Source: Octopus bimaculoides (lineage: Eukaryota). Taken from it: a stretch of 48,325 nt of DNA. Location of the stretch: contig NC_068985.1 in NCBI RefSeq assembly GCF_001194135.2, positions 45,426,671 through 45,474,995 of the forward strand. The letters run 5' to 3'. Below the pieces are notes generated by a model that had not been told where the DNA came from, did no database searches, and was given only the letters and a program-made list of their open reading frames with translations. Position numbers and translations under genes: made by a program. This document shows, piece by piece, positions 48,085 through 48,325 of the stretch. Every line of letters begins with the position of its first letter. Positions within the stretch are counted from its first letter, which is position 1.

Positions 48085-48325
48085 ATCAATTCTGGTGGTA
48101 GGCTTTCTGAATCTTTTGCTGTGGAAAATGGAGTAAAGCAGGGAGACCTTGATGCACCCACCCTCTTTGCAATATACTTTGCCGTTGTGGTGTCACATTC
48201 CTTTCAAAACTCTGAGGAGGGTATCTACATAAAATATCGAACAACGGGGAATGTTTTTAATTTGACCCGACTGAAGTTTAAAACGAAGGTTTTTACTTCA
48301 CTTATTAGGGAACTTTTGTATGCTG
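48085..48325 (+). mobile_element. RTE-clade (BovB-like) reverse transcriptase fragment, 5'-truncated, runs off the window
   Basis: 80 open codons INSGGRLSESFAVENGVKQGDLDAPTLFAIYF..EEGIYIKYRTTGNVFNLTRL..LIRELLYA(D), matching the RTE pattern GVKQG..APTLF..GIYI.YR..G.LFNL.RL..IRELL(F/Y)ADD. Confidence 0.88.

Overview
This is gappy, AT-rich, microsatellite-saturated eukaryotic DNA with about 21 N-gaps totalling roughly 7 kb. I found no recognisable host gene, and nearly all ORF-track entries are translations of microsatellites or N-runs. The tRNA-derived SINE families and repeat density point to a coleoid cephalopod, most likely Octopus (inference from recognising repeat families, not a database hit). 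Retroelement relics: R4/Dong-type RLE LINE 3' end (2.9-3.6 kb), Tx1/L1-clade 3' end set inside a (GATA)n tract (39.7-40.2 kb), Penelope GIY-YIG end (40.8-42.1 kb), RTE reverse transcriptase fragment (48.1 kb to end), and about 20 SINE copies of at least four types. DNA transposon relics: mariner transposase pseudogene (27.9-28.7 kb), a second mariner 5' end, a mariner MITE, a Tc1/maT-like deletion derivative, and a decayed Helitron (31-32.3 kb). The most interesting signals are: (1) a 648-bp TSD-bounded head-to-tail SINE trimer whose internal tails resemble the 3' end of the Tx1 LINE in the same window while its terminal unit has a different tail; (2) three minimal type-I hammerhead ribozyme motifs in Penelope-like elements, one in an ORF-less, retrozyme-like element; (3) a 174-bp TG..CA solo-LTR-like insert with a 5-bp TSD placed at a SINE B-box; (4) different retroelements each abutting a different microsatellite.
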